The position numbers and the translations under genes are program-made. A stretch of 64,000 bases of DNA from Octopus vulgaris (taxonomy: Eukaryota). Location of the stretch: positions 54,374,001 through 54,438,000 of the forward strand of contig OX597829.1 of assembly GCA_951406725.2 (NCBI GenBank), in the 5' to 3' direction. Under the pieces are notes generated by a model. It saw nothing but the letters and a program-made list of their open reading frames with translations, searched no databases and had not been told where the DNA came from. This document shows, piece by piece, positions 26,130 through 39,199 of the stretch (position 1 is the first letter of the stretch; each line of letters opens with the position of its first letter).

Positions 26130-27385
26130 CATGTGTGAAAGGCTTGCTTCGCAATCCTTTTGTTCTGGGTTCGATCCCACTGTGAGGCACCTTGAGCACA
26201 TGTCTTCTACTATAGCCCCAGTCCAACTAAAGATTTGTGAGTGGATTTGATAGAAGCCTGTTGTATGTGTGTGAGTTCAACTTTGTAACTGTGTTTTCCC
26301 CCTTGACAACCAGTATTAGTGTATTTATGTCCCCATAACTTAGGAGTTCAGCAAAGGAGATCAATAGAAACAGTTTTTGTGTGTGGAAGGAGCACAGGCA
26401 CAATGAACACTAAAAACATACAAGAAATAGACTCCATCAAATGCCAGTGGGGAAAACTAGAAGTAGTTGGTAGCTTTCATTATCTACGTGAAGAAGTCAG
26501 TAGGAGAGGTGGATGCTCCAAGAGCGTAGTTGCAAGAATTAGAATAGGCTGGGTAAAGTTCAGAGAGCTCCTGCCTCTGTTCACAGCAAAGGGCCTCTCC
26601 CTCAAAGTGAAGGGCAGACTGCATGCATGATGCCTATGTGTGAACAGCTATGCTACATGGCAGTGAAACATGGACTGTGACCATCGAGGACTTGCATAGG
26701 CTTGAAAGAAATGAAGTTAGTATGCTTCATTGGATGTGCAATGTCTGTACATGTTCAACAGAGTGTAAGCATCTTGAGAGAAAAGTTGGGTATAAGAGGC
26801 ATCAGATGTGGAATGCAAGAGAGATATGATGTGTATGGATGAGGATAGCTGTGTGAAGAAGTGCCAATCTCTAACTGTGGAGGAACCTGAAGACATGGGA
26901 CAAGAGAGCTAAGCATGATTTTTGAATGTTGGGCCTCACAGAGGTAATGACTAGTGACCAAGATCCCTAGCGATATACTGTGCTTGAGAAGACCCATCAA
27001 GCCAAGTTAAATCATAGTTGTGGCCAATGCTGGTGTCACTTAATTTGCACCCATGCTGGTGGCATGTAAAAAGCACCTTTCAAGCATTGGGCTTCATGGA
27101 GGCAATGACAAATGCCTGAGACCTATATGCCGTAACCTACATGCCATGCTTGAGCAGAAGACGATCAAGTCAAGTGAAACTGTAGTTGTGGCAGATACTG
27201 GTATCATACAAGTGGCACCCATGCTGGTGGCACGTAAACACACTCATTACACTCTCAGAGTGGTTGGTGTTAGGAATGGCATTCCGCTGAAAAAGCCATA
27301 TCAAATCAGATTGGAGCATGACGCAGCCCCCTCAGCTTGCAAGCCCTGGTGAAACAGTCCAACCCATGGGCAACAGATGTTAAAT

Positions 27386-27497
27386 TGTTGTGGCGAGAGT
27401 CATTGACACTCATTGCAGATTGGAGAATGGACTAGCCAAACTCTTGTAAAGAGGAGAGAGGTCAGTGGTAGTGAGAGAGAGTGTTTTGGTGGTAAGG
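27386..27497 (+). mobile_element. Truncated second copy of the LTR-like element
   Basis: TGTTGTGGCGAGAGTCATTGACAC..GATTGGAGAA..TTTTGGT.GTAAG is shared with 30925-31033. Confidence 0.6.
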
Positions 27498-27976
27498 TGA
27501 GGTCTTGAAAAACCATAAAATTTTTTTTTTGAATTTTTACACAATATCAGCCTTTTCACATAGTACCAGTCTGGAGTTTGAAAACTGGAATTTTTATTTA
27601 TTTTTTACATTGTTACTTTTATATCCTGACAACTCGTTGCCCGGTGTTGTAACATAATTGTTACCCAACTCTTCGGTAGTATTGTTTGTTTGATTTTTGC
27701 ACACAACACTCTTTTTTTTTTTTTTGTACTAAGCACTCTTGTTAGCTCTCTTGTTTTTTGCTGTGTATGTGCATGTATGTGTGTGTGTGTGTGTGTGTGT
27801 ATACATACATACACACATACATATGCATGAATACATACTCACACACACACACATACACACAATGTTGTTCTGGGTTAGATTTTCTGGATTTTTATATTTG
27901 TGAGAAATAGAGAAAGTAAAACTATAAATGCAGTCATACATACATACATACATACATACATATACACATACATACA

Positions 27977-28008
<32 letters not shown>

Positions 28009-28709
28009 CATACATACATACATACATACATACATGCATATACATACATGCATATACATGCATATACATACATACATACATACATACATACAGGCATACA
28101 TACACATAAATACATACGTATGCACATACATGCGTACATACGTACATACATGTGTACATACATGCGTACAAGCATGTATGCATGCATACATACATACATG
28201 CATACATACTTGATGAGAGCCATTGCATATTACCGTGGGAGATTTATCATTCAATATGAGATAAATACCTCCTACAACACTGGAACCATAAGTTTTGACC
28301 TTGTTATCGTTCAGTTGCCCAACAGGTATTAACAATGTAAAAGGAGGACAAGAAAAAAGAAAAACAAAATCTGTGCTGAACCATTAAGATATCTTCAATT
28401 ATTCCATTTAGATTATAACTCAAGTTTCTTACCAACTGGAGCATCTGGTTACGTGACTTAATACCACTCTTGGTATGCTGGGTTTCACAAATAAAAAAAA
28501 AATGCTTAACATGCATGATCAAAAGAATATGGCTATAAGCTAACAAAGACACTGTCAAAATATGTAAGACATTCAAAAAGTTTAGCATGTAATAGGATTT
28601 GTATATGCAATGTTGTCAATGCCTGCACACATGTTTCCATGCATATATGTAAGTATGTATAAGCATATATGTATTCATGCATACAAACATACATACATAC
28701 ATACATACA

Positions 28710-28740
<31 letters not shown>

Positions 28741-28839
28741 TTATATGTGTATATATATTTTTTTTTTTTCAAAATGTAACCACGTGTGTATCGTTGGTGA
28801 TTTTCTTCCTCCGTCTTCCTTTCCTTTGGACTTTCCTCT

Positions 28840-28875
28840 ATTTCTGAAGAAGAGCGTCTGCTCAAAACGTTAAAT
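28840..28875 (+). ncRNA. Inactivated minimal hammerhead (G12 to A) in a Penelope-like repeat (~28770-28975)
   Basis: AUUU-CUGAAGA-A-GAGC(GUCU)GCUC-AAAA-CG-UU-AAAU. Confidence 0.6.
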
Positions 28876-28982
28876 CCTCTTCCCTTCCTTTCCTGAGCAT
28901 CTGATAATACAGTACTTGTACCACGTCCTCGCATTATTGTTTTTCATGTTTGTTCTTCTTTGTTTGGATTCACTATATATAT

Positions 28983-29308
28983 ATAATACAAATAAGAAAA
29001 TAGAGGAATAGATTCCTTTCAATCATCGACTTACAGATAATACCAATTCATATTATTTATTAACTACTTCAATAGGAACATCCAAATCTGACAGAATAAA
29101 ACAATAAAACAATATACATCAATAAGTAAGATAATACCATAATATTTTTATGGTATTATCTTACTTATTGATGTATATTGTTTTATTGTTTTATTCTGTT
29201 GGATTTGGATGTTCCTATTTAGGTAGTTAATAAATTATATCTATTGGTATTATTTGTAAGTCGATGATTGAAATGAATCTGTTCCTCCATTTTCTTATTT
29301 TGTATTAT
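28983..29308. repeat. Fold-back repeat, ~160-bp arms, 5-nt loop
   Basis: Centre CCATAA-TATTT-TTATGG (29143-29147); arms are near-perfect close to the centre and diverge outward. Confidence 0.9.
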
Positions 29309-29615
29309 GAATTTGAGGTAAAACATTTTACCTTCGCCCATCTAATACAATAAATGAACTAATTGCATTGCAATTGTACACATTTATGTATTAGCCTTTT
29401 GGGTACTTCACTGGCAGTATATTGGATAAATGATATCCCATAGTGGGTTACACTCATAACCCCTATCTCACTTTGTACTTTATATATATATATATATATC
29501 ATCAGCTCAAATTATCAAACAATTCTAATAAAAACGAAAAAAAGAAAAGCAACGAAAACGAATGTGAGGACGTGAACAAGAAGCATATCAGCTTGACACT
29601 CAGTGAAAGGAGAGA

Positions 29616-29649
29616 GTTTAAAGTTTTGAGCATAGCTCTTCATCGGAAG
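29616..29649 (-). ncRNA. Degenerate minimal hammerhead
   Basis: CCGAUGA-A-GAGC(UAU)GCUC-AAAA-CUU-UA; core mutated. Confidence 0.4.
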
Positions 29650-29774
29650 GAAGAAAAGGAAGAAGTCGCCAAGAGTACACATGTAGTTACATTGCTGAAG
29701 TAACCTGAAATGGATAGAGATAGGGAAAGTGGCTCTTTGGGACAGAAGAATGTGAAATGGTTTGTATGTGTGCA

Positions 29775-30005
29775 TGATATATATATGTATATGTATATGT
29801 ATATATATGTATATATATGTATATGTATATGTATATATGTGTATGTATATGTATATATATGTATATATATGTGTATATATGTGTATATATATGTATATAT
29901 ATGTATATATATGTGTATATATATGTATATATATATATGTATATATATATGTATATATATATATGTATATATATATGTATATATATATATATGTATATAT
30001 ATATG

Positions 30006-30039
<34 letters not shown>

Positions 30040-30065
30040 TATATACATATATATGTATATATATG

Positions 30066-30122
<57 letters not shown>

Positions 30123-30161
30123 GTATATATATATGTATATATATATGTATATATATATATG

Positions 30162-30248
<87 letters not shown>

Positions 30249-30265
30249 GTATATGTATGTATACA
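29775..30265. repeat. Long interrupted (TA)n/(TATG) tract
   Basis: Direct inspection; similar tracts at 1265-1430 and 54367-54635. Confidence 0.95.
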
Positions 30266-30886
30266 TTCATATATGCACGTACTTGATTACTGTTTATATT
30301 TCAATGAAAGAGTTGTTTCTAGATTAGAAAGAAGTTTCTTTTTTCCGTTGAGAGATTTGAAAAATGGGTAAATAAATAAACCAGAACAAACAAGTAAGCA
30401 AGCATTCAAACAAGTTTGTCAAAACTTCTATGAAATAAGAGAATAATAAGATCAGACATTCATGTTTTCTCTTTCCCAGATCAGATCTGAGACAAAGGAA
30501 AGTAAGTGAAATCAGTTGCCCAGCACAGATTAACATAATGGTAAAAAGTTAGTGAAATAAGAGAACTGACAAGAAATCTGTGGTTACTTCATCTGGACTT
30601 TAAATTTAGATTTCCACTAGCTGCCAAAATACCGATCTTGAGAAACTGGGATTCACAAAACCAAAGAGAACATGGCTAATTGAGAAATATATTAATCAAA
30701 GAAACTGTCAAAATAGATAAAAACATTCAAGAAATGTAGCATGTTGTGAGTACATATTTGCACATGTAGACATGCAAATACACACATGTGCACCTAAATC
30801 AAAACATACAGCTTGACATATGTAATGACATTTACACCTGGTCCCATGTATGTATGTGCACATACTCATGCATACACAGCATCATC

Positions 30887-30918
<32 letters not shown>

Positions 30919-30924
30919 TATTTA

Positions 30925-31482
30925 TGTTGTGGCGAGAGTCATTGACACCCCTGGTGGATTGGAGAACGGACTACCCGAACTCTTATAAGGAGTAGAGGTC
31001 GTTAGTAGTTAGAGAGAACATTTTGGTAGTAAGCTCTGGTTACTCTTGGGTGCTACTGGTAACATGCAACCCAGTACAACCCTTCGCACAAAGTCAGACC
31101 AATCTTAGGTGCCACTGGTATGGTGTAACCCAATACAACCTGTCGCACTCCTCAGGTTGCTTTTTGAGCGCTACTGTTAACATGTAACCCAGTACAACCT
31201 GTTGCATGCATGGGGACATCGAGAAATTGGTGAAGCTGGTAGCAGTTGCATGCTCAACAGCGAAAGTACTACCAGTAAAATACCTGTCATGTTCCGTGAA
31301 AAGGCAGCAAGTTGGCAGAAGTCATTGAAGAGTTTTGCTAGAGGCTGGTAAGAGTTGGTGTGTCAGTTCCGCATTGGACTCACACTGAACACGTAAGTTG
31401 CTGTAACGGTAGTTATTCAAATTATTGTGTGTTGGTCCCATTGCTAGAATGTGGCAAGGGTTCGATTCCCCTGCTCACAATA
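30925..31482 (+). mobile_element. LTR-like element (probable solo LTR)
   Basis: Starts TGTTGTGGC and ends GCTCACAATA (imperfect inverted termini). First ~110 bp are repeated at 27386. No clear TSD. Confidence 0.5.
31033..31208 (+). ncRNA. Three tandem ~58-nt xrRNA-like units (31033-31090, 31092-31149, 31150-31208), degenerate
   Basis: Each repeats GYGCYACTG..TGYAACCCARTACAACC and aligns to the LINE 5' motif, with compensatory changes in P2 and the pseudoknot. Confidence 0.65.
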
Positions 31483-31886
31483 TATCGGATATAGCTGTGC
31501 AGTGTTAACCAGCTAGAGGACATGTGTTCTCGGGGTTAAAAATCAGAGGACCAACTCAAAGCAATACTAAAAGTCACTGGAAATGATTGTAAATCGTTTG
31601 AAACACAAGTCTAAGACTGTACCAAGTGGTTGTGTTCCATCATCATTCGAACCGAAAACTTTGAAGCTACCAGAAGAAGAAAGGAAGAAATCAAATGACA
31701 GAAGAGAAAGGCTTGACAAAATCAACCTTGTCCTCCACCAACATTGCCGTGCAGTCAATGCCATTGACCCTTCTTTGCAAGAATTGGTCTCCAGAGTCAT
31801 CAATAGCATCACCATAAAGGAAGTGTTCAGCAAAGAAGAAAATAAATACCCAGGTTTGAGATAAAGCCACTGCCAATTTATATATA

Positions 31887-32092
31887 CAGTAATCCCTCAA
31901 CTATCATGGGTGTTATGTTCCAAAACCCCCCACAACAGGTGAAAATCTGCAAAGCAGAAATAGTACTTTACTGTATATCTTTAAAAATTATCTTTATAAT
32001 TTGTATATATTTCTTTTATTATAAATGCAAAACAACACCACAAAGGAATCGACAAAAGCTTAAATAATAAACTGCGATAGGTGAACCGCAAT
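31887..32092. mobile_element. pogo/Tigger-like MITE remnant
   Basis: TA-CAGTAATCCCTC start with internal GGTGAA..GCRA repeats; right TIR missing. Confidence 0.5.
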
Positions 32093-32479
32093 AGGTGGGC
32101 CACAATAAGATCTGGCATTTCGACCTTATTGTGAAATAATCTACGTAACAATTATTGCATAACATACCAATATTCACTAGAAATACGTGTAAGATTTTGT
32201 AATTCATGATGTTGTAATGAAATTTCTTAGACAAACTCCCTTATTTTATTCTGCTCATAAGTATCTATGTGCATGTGTCTGGATGTATAGCACTAGCATA
32301 TCTAGAGTACGTGCTGCCCGGGGCAGCCCTTCCATTTGCTTCCCCCAGACCCCACAGAAAAACTCACATTGCCTACAGCAGACCGAAAAGTGCCGCTCGG
32401 AGCAGACCATCCCTACCGTCCACCCCATTAACTCTGCTACTGATGTATAATCATTACCAATAATCATTACTCAATAAGC

Positions 32480-33210
32480 GTTGTCATATTTTGTATGTTT
32501 TACTGCTGAAGCAGTTTGGTTTGAAGCACAAGTGGAAAGAAGCATACCATTTGTATTTTCATTCCCAATTCCATGACTGACTATATTTTCGTTCCATGTG
32601 ATATGATTGACCCAACTCTGACCAAGATGAGAAAAGATGAAAAAAATGTCATCAGCTGATTGTATCTTTTCAGAGATTTTGTGAAGCTCATCGCAGAAGA
32701 TGCTGCTCTCTGTGTGATCTGTTACAGGTGTTGGCCTATGCACGCTAAATAATGTCACTCGTCATTCCACCAAGAATGATAAATAACAACATAATTGTTG
32801 GATTGAAGTTATGGGATGGTTCCACAATATGCTGAATCCAAATGTTCCATACAGCAAAATCAACTCCATGTCTATGTGGTTGATCACCTTGACAAACTGA
32901 CCAGGAGAAAAAGTAACCATTTCCTTGAATACTGAACACCTCACACAGTCTTGCTTCACTCACAGCAACAATATCGATATCTAGTCGTGATGACATTTTG
33001 GCTGTTACAGCTGTTTGACGTTCAAGGTGGTTTGTCTCATTCTGTAGTGTATGAACATTCCATGATGCAGTGTTCAGTATTAAATTGATGCTTGAAGTCA
33101 AAACGTCCACAAAAAGAAGCAAGTTTAAGTCGACACAGGGTGGGGGGAATATATGTGAAGCTTCTTGGAAAGAAAAATCTGGTGATTTGTGAGAATCTTT
33201 TGCCACAAAT
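32480..33210 (-). mobile_element. Decayed RTE-like endonuclease fragment
   Basis: ASWNVHTLQ..ERQTA..DIDIVAVSEARL..HGIGNENTNGMLL. Confidence 0.75.
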
Positions 33211-35112
33211 GGTATGAAATCCTATTATAATGGTCTAAACAGTTTATGAAGCACAACATACGTCAATGGGCCATTTGTGGTCTCAGAATGGAACTCCAAT
33301 ACTCACAGACCCATCTGATTTGTTGAAACGAATGACTGAATATTTTAACAATATTTTGAAAGTCAACATTTAATGAAGATGTCATTGAAAATCTGGGACA
33401 ATATCCAATAAATGAAGGATTGCTAACAGCAAACCCGAATCTTTTCTGTTTGGCTGTTAGCATCAATTTCTGTTCAAGTTGATTTCATATTCAGTGTAAT
33501 GTTACACTTTTATAGACTAAGCAATACCATAAAAATGAATTTTGCCATAAATCGATAAAGAGTTAGTATCTATTAAACTTTGAAAATTTTGGGTAATTTT
33601 AGCTAATCGCAAGCCAGACACATTCATGCCTGTTTCCAAGCCGAACATAAGAACTTTTTTGTCTGTGAGAAAGCACATGTTGACTAATATGTTCCAGTCA
33701 TTGAGAAGGTTGTCATATGTGCTAAAAATAGCAGCCAAATAGGCCTTAAATCAAAGAAACATTTTACAAGTACAAGAAAATGTAGTGGGAATATGTATTG
33801 ACAATGTTTGTGCCAAGGATGCATGGAGTCTGTGTAAGTGAGGAAAGATAGATGGTTTGGAGGTGGTGCCCTTCCTCTTAGGACTGTAGTATTTTTTTTT
33901 TCTAATGGGTTAAGGAATTGACTTCAGTCCAGTTTTGTGTTGAAAAACTGGCTGTGTGGTAAGTAGCTTGCTAACCGACCACATGGTTCCGGGTTCAGTC
34001 CCACTGCGTGGCACCTTGGGCAAGTGTCTTCTACTATAGCCTCAGGCCGACCAAAGCCTTGTGAGTGGATTTGGTAGACGGAAACTGAAAGAAGCCCGTC
34101 GTATATATGTATATGCGTGTGTGTGTTTGTGTGTCTGTGTTTGTCCCCCTAGCATTGCTTGACAACTGATGCTGGTGTGTTTATGTCCCTGTCACTTAGC
34201 AGTTCGGCAAAATAGACCAATAGAATAAGTACTGGGCTTACAAAAAAGAATAAGTCCCGGGGTCGAGTTGCTCGATTAAAGGCGGTGCTCCAGCATGGCC
34301 ACAGTCAAATGACTGAAACAAGTAAAAGAGTAAAAGAGAGTATGAGCCATTGCACAGCTGTTGATTATAACAGCTATGTTATGGAAATATGTGCAGAGGA
34401 CTTGCTGTTATCCAGTTAAGGCTGGTGATCCTGGGAAGAGTGAGATATTTGTTTTTTAAAAATATTTTATTTGATATGTGCTGTTTTGCTTTTGGATAAA
34501 TCCTAGAAGTTTGTGTTATGATTTTCTTATTTTGAGAAATATTTAATTTGTAATGTGCTGTTTATTGCATTAAATGCATATTGAATGCTTAAAGCTATAA
34601 AATACATTGTTTACTTGTTTTTTTTTTTGTGAATGAGGTGGTTGTGAGGTGTGCTAAAAATAACAGCTAAATAGGCCTTAAATGATGCGCCCCCACAATT
34701 TTTTTGTTTATTTTTACATAATCATATGAAGTCCCATGTGTAGAAAACAAATTCACAAAAATTTTCTGGAAGTTTCAAAAAATAAAAGAGTTATGAGGGG
34801 CTATGTGTCGTGTGTAATTCATTTGTTTACAGTTTCATATAAAAACACAAGTGCTGTTTTCAGGATGTTGACACAATGTGCAGTTATGCACAACTGACAG
34901 CTCCCAAATTCTGTTTCCTGATTGGGTGAAAATGATCAAACTTTAAACCTCTATAACTTTTTAAAATCATATTCATGGAAACGTTAAATAACTCCAGCAA
35001 TTCAGTTTGGAAAACTACATTAATGTGCCAAATTTTGAAATTTTCACTGAACTTTAATTTTTGAAGTTTGGCTGGCAGCCAAACAAAAAAATTCACAAAG
35101 CCTCTTATTAAT

Positions 35113-35148
<36 letters not shown>

Positions 35149-35580
35149 TTAATGATTTCTGCCTCACTGGACTTGTTGACCTCACATCTCCATTCAAATA
35201 ATTTCACTGACTACACCATCAGCAAAACATTTTGAATGGAGATGTATGGTCCATTGTGATTCTCAACTTTATTATTGCACTGGGTGGGCATTTAAATACG
35301 ATTGGCACAGTCAATCGGTTTATGCTTGACTATATTCAGGTATAACGATCAACTAAAAGCCAAAGAGCATGATACCTGTGATAGAAACTAGGAAACAGCA
35401 CAAACAAAGTGGGTGGTAGGGGGATTTAACTGGTTTTGGAAGTGGTGCTATTTTTGTTGAAACTCAAAATCTTTCCTAAGAAAACTTTCTATTCTTTGTC
35501 GACAACTTTATCATTTAAATTTTGTCAAAGCTTATTTAAAAGAAAAAGGTAAACACTTTCTTTTTCTTTCGTGTATTTAA

Positions 35581-35800
35581 CCCTTTAGTGTTCAGATTAT
35601 TCTGTCAAATGTGACGTTTGTTTATTTAAAATGGTTTGAATTAATCATGCATTATTTTGTAGTTTAGAGATTTCAGTGATGCGATCTTTTAATTTTAGAA
35701 TGACATTGTAGGGCTGAGGTGAGAGGCGAAATCTGGTCAGTTTCAATATAAAACAGGTTAAATATTTTGGCCGGATATGGCCAGTTTGAATGCTAAAGGG
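35581..35800. mobile_element. piggyBac-type MITE (220 bp)
   Basis: TTAA-CCCTTTAG..CTAAAGGG-TTAA. Related copies at 57884-58448 (split by an RTE tail) and ~60643-61035. Confidence 0.88.
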
Positions 35801-38800
35801 TTAAGCAACTTTCACAATGCAACATAAATAGCTCTTTCGATCATTATATATCCTTAAAGATTTAGACAAACTTCTGTATTTACAGTGAGCTTTTAAATAC
35901 CAATCTTATAACTAAATTTTTTTCCTAAATCAAGCTTCTCTGGAGCTTCAGTTTCACTGACTCCCTAACGGAGACTCATTTAGATTCTTGTTCGTTAAAT
36001 ATCAACATCTTTAATGATTTGACTCTCATGACAATACATTATTGAAATAATTCTTTCTTTGTTGAAATTCTAAGAAAGACGATTAAATAAAGAGATTGCA
36101 TAGTTTTTATCTAAAACATTCAACATTAACTTCTGCAGCATTCCAAACAAGTTAACTCATGTCAAGTGTTGAAAATTTAATTTTTTCATGATCAAGTTTG
36201 TATCAATGTTTCTATAGCAATGAAAATGTGATGACCATTTTTTTAATTATGATAAGTATATATTTTACCATGTGATTTACAATTTGAAAAGCAACATTAG
36301 TGCACAACTGACCCAAAGCCCTACCATTCAGCATAGCTATTATAGTACCAATCCAGAAACTTTTAAAACTCTATTGAAAACATAAATACCTCCATAATAC
36401 AAATACTTAAAATATTTAACACAAGTTCACAGGCATGGCTGTGTGGTAAAAAGTTTGTTTCCTGACCACATGATTCCAGGTTCAGTCCCACTTCATGGAA
36501 CCTTGAGTAGGTGTCTTCTGCTACAGCCTTTGTCTGACCAAAACCTTGTTAATAGAAACTGAAAGAAGCCCATTGTATGTATGTATGTATGTATGTATGT
36601 ATGTATGTATGTATGTATGTATGTATGTATGTATGTGTGTGTGTGTGTGTGTATGTATGACTATATGACTGTATGTATGTATGTATGTATGTATGTGTGT
36701 GTATGTATGTATGTATGTATGTATGTGTGTATGTGTGTATGTATGCATGCATGATGGATAGATAGATTAATAGGTTTGTCTAAGTGGGTGTGGTGTATTT
36801 ACCGGTACAGATGAGGTATGTTGATATCTTAACGCAAAATAATTGGCTTAATGGAGATCAGTGTCATCAAAGCTATTATCTACAATAATATCCGGTTATG
36901 AAATCGTATTCAATCTTCTAATTTTATCTTTGCCTTTGCCTTGTCTTCTGACATTTAGAAGTACTTCAGCTTTGGTTGTAATATATACAAGTCTGTAATC
37001 AATTGTTTGTATTTACCCATTTTTTGGGCAAGAGGTCAGAGTGTTTGCAATTTTGTAGATAACCTCTGAGAACTTGCTTGTTAGCAGAGATATCTAAGAA
37101 CAAATAAGATGTATGAACATTCTTGAAATGACAACTTTCTTGCATTCAAAATTTTAACAGGAACACAATTAGTATGATATATATATATATATATAGTTAA
37201 TTCCATTGCCACCAAGCATACAAGGATGTAGTTCAGTTGATATACCTGTCTTTGATCCAGTTGAACCAAAAAGCCAAAGAAGCGGTTCATTGATATCTCA
37301 TTGTATCTCTCTAAAAATAAACCCCTCCTCGCTCTTAACTTCTATTGTATTTATTTTATAAACTTTAGTAAGCTTATAACTATTCATGGCTTTTTATGAA
37401 GGCCTGCTTATTTTACCTATAAAATAAACATATGAAGGGACGAGCTATAATACCGGGGAACTAGTTTGTGAGATATTTCAGACAGTTGATCCATTTTTAG
37501 CCCTGTGTGTTTACTAAAATCTTAAATCAGTTACACAAATATTACATCAATTATGTCTAATTTGTTTCCACATAAATTTCAAATGATCATTCCACAACCA
37601 AAATGTAGTCAATTATTTTTTTGTGTCAAAGAAAAATGGAAAGGATGGTCTTATTGTTATGAGTGTTGATGGATCAATATAACCAGAATTTTTGTAGACA
37701 GTGCCTTCATTAATCAAACTGCAAAAAAAAAAAAAAAAAAAATAGATAACTAGTGCTGGTGCCACAAAATGGTGCCCAGTGAACACTATAAAGTGGTTGA
37801 CATTAGGGAATACATCCAACCACAGAAAGTATGCCAAAGTAGATAGTGGAAGAGGATGCAGTCATTCAACTCATCAGATGCTTGTGAAAGTCTCCTACCT
37901 GTGCCAGTATAGAACAAGTATGTTACTGCATTGCTTACAAGCTAATAGAAAATCTTCTTGCTCACTTTATTTCTCTTAGTATAAAAAAACAGTTCTTTTA
38001 GCATGTCTAAAAGATGTTTTACTGTGAAATACTTTCACAGTTTTCTTCAACTATGTTTGTCATTAGCGTGTACCCAGGAGCCGTTGTGTTCCAGCTTTTC
38101 TTCTTAGCTTTTATTATATTGTGAATTTAGCCTTCATTTCTCAAACTGTCAGTTTGCTTATAGAGTCTTTAGAATTTTCTCTCTAATTATTTTTGTCAAT
38201 GTCTTCACGTGTTGCAATTTTTTGTGTCCAAATGTATTGAATACCTTTCTTTGTCTTTACTTTTAAAAATTAATTAAACTAAATTGTTTCATATAAAAAG
38301 AATGATAAATATATATGTGATCAGACACATAGCTAGTGTTTGCCTAAAATTTGAAAGTGGGACTTGTTATTTCTTATCAAAAGATTTTCTATAAATAGCT
38401 GAACTCTTCAAGTTGACATCATCAAAAAGCAGATCCCTAAAGTACATATATAAGTTTGACTGACTGACATCAGCAAAAAAGCTGACCATTAAGATTTGTG
38501 AGATACACCCTAAATTAGTTGATGACATCAGCATTAAACTAACCTATCAGGGATTGTTGATTGAGTCATTCATCAAGGCAGAAAAGAGAAGAAGCAAAGA
38601 CATAAGAAGATAAGATAAGTGATCTCAGCCAAATAACCACATCCTGTTGGACAATGGAATTTTTCAAAATAATCTCAACACCTACTAACTTTAATTGGAT
38701 AAAAATGTTGCCTATGACATAATTCTTCCTTTTTCTCCTGCTCTCTGAATCTCTCTCTCTCTCTCTCTTTTCCATTCTCTCTCCCCCTCTCTCTCCACCC

Positions 38801-39102
38801 TCTCTCTCTCACCTGTTCATATTGTCACAACTTAGTTACAGAATCAACCAAGAACTACCTTACTTTCTGAAAAGAACTTTGATTCCTTTTCTCTGATTCT
38901 CTATGAGAACATCAAGTCATATAATCTTAATGAACATATGAATACAAATCATGACTCCTCTCATTCATTTGGCTTTCTAATAATTTCATTACCATAAACC
39001 ATTTGAAACTTCCAAAGAAATTTATTTATGTCTTACTTTCTGCTATGATTTTTGTAATACACTGAATGAAAGTAACAAATATTGCTATTTCGTTTATTTC
39101 AG

Positions 39103-39171
39103 GCCTCATGTCGAAACAGAGGAAGTATCAGAGGTTATTTCTTAGCAGGTCGGAATATGCACTGGATCCCG
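39103..39171 (+). CDS. SLC5A coding exon 2
   Basis: tttcag|ASCRNRGSIRGYFLAGRNMHWIP|gtaatt. Contains the solute:sodium symporter YFLAGR motif; 69 nt, phase 0/0. Confidence 0.95.
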
Positions 39172-39199
39172 GTAATTAAATCCCTTTTTATTTTATTGG

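Noticed and set aside
31228-31245. GAAGCUGGUAG resembling the flavivirus dumbbell GAAGCUGUA motif after the xrRNA-like array
   Set aside because: Too short, and no CS2-like sequence follows; likely chance.
31583-31864. 93-aa ORF just after the LTR-like element as a possible gag
   Set aside because: No PBS after the putative LTR and no recognisable motif; left unassigned.
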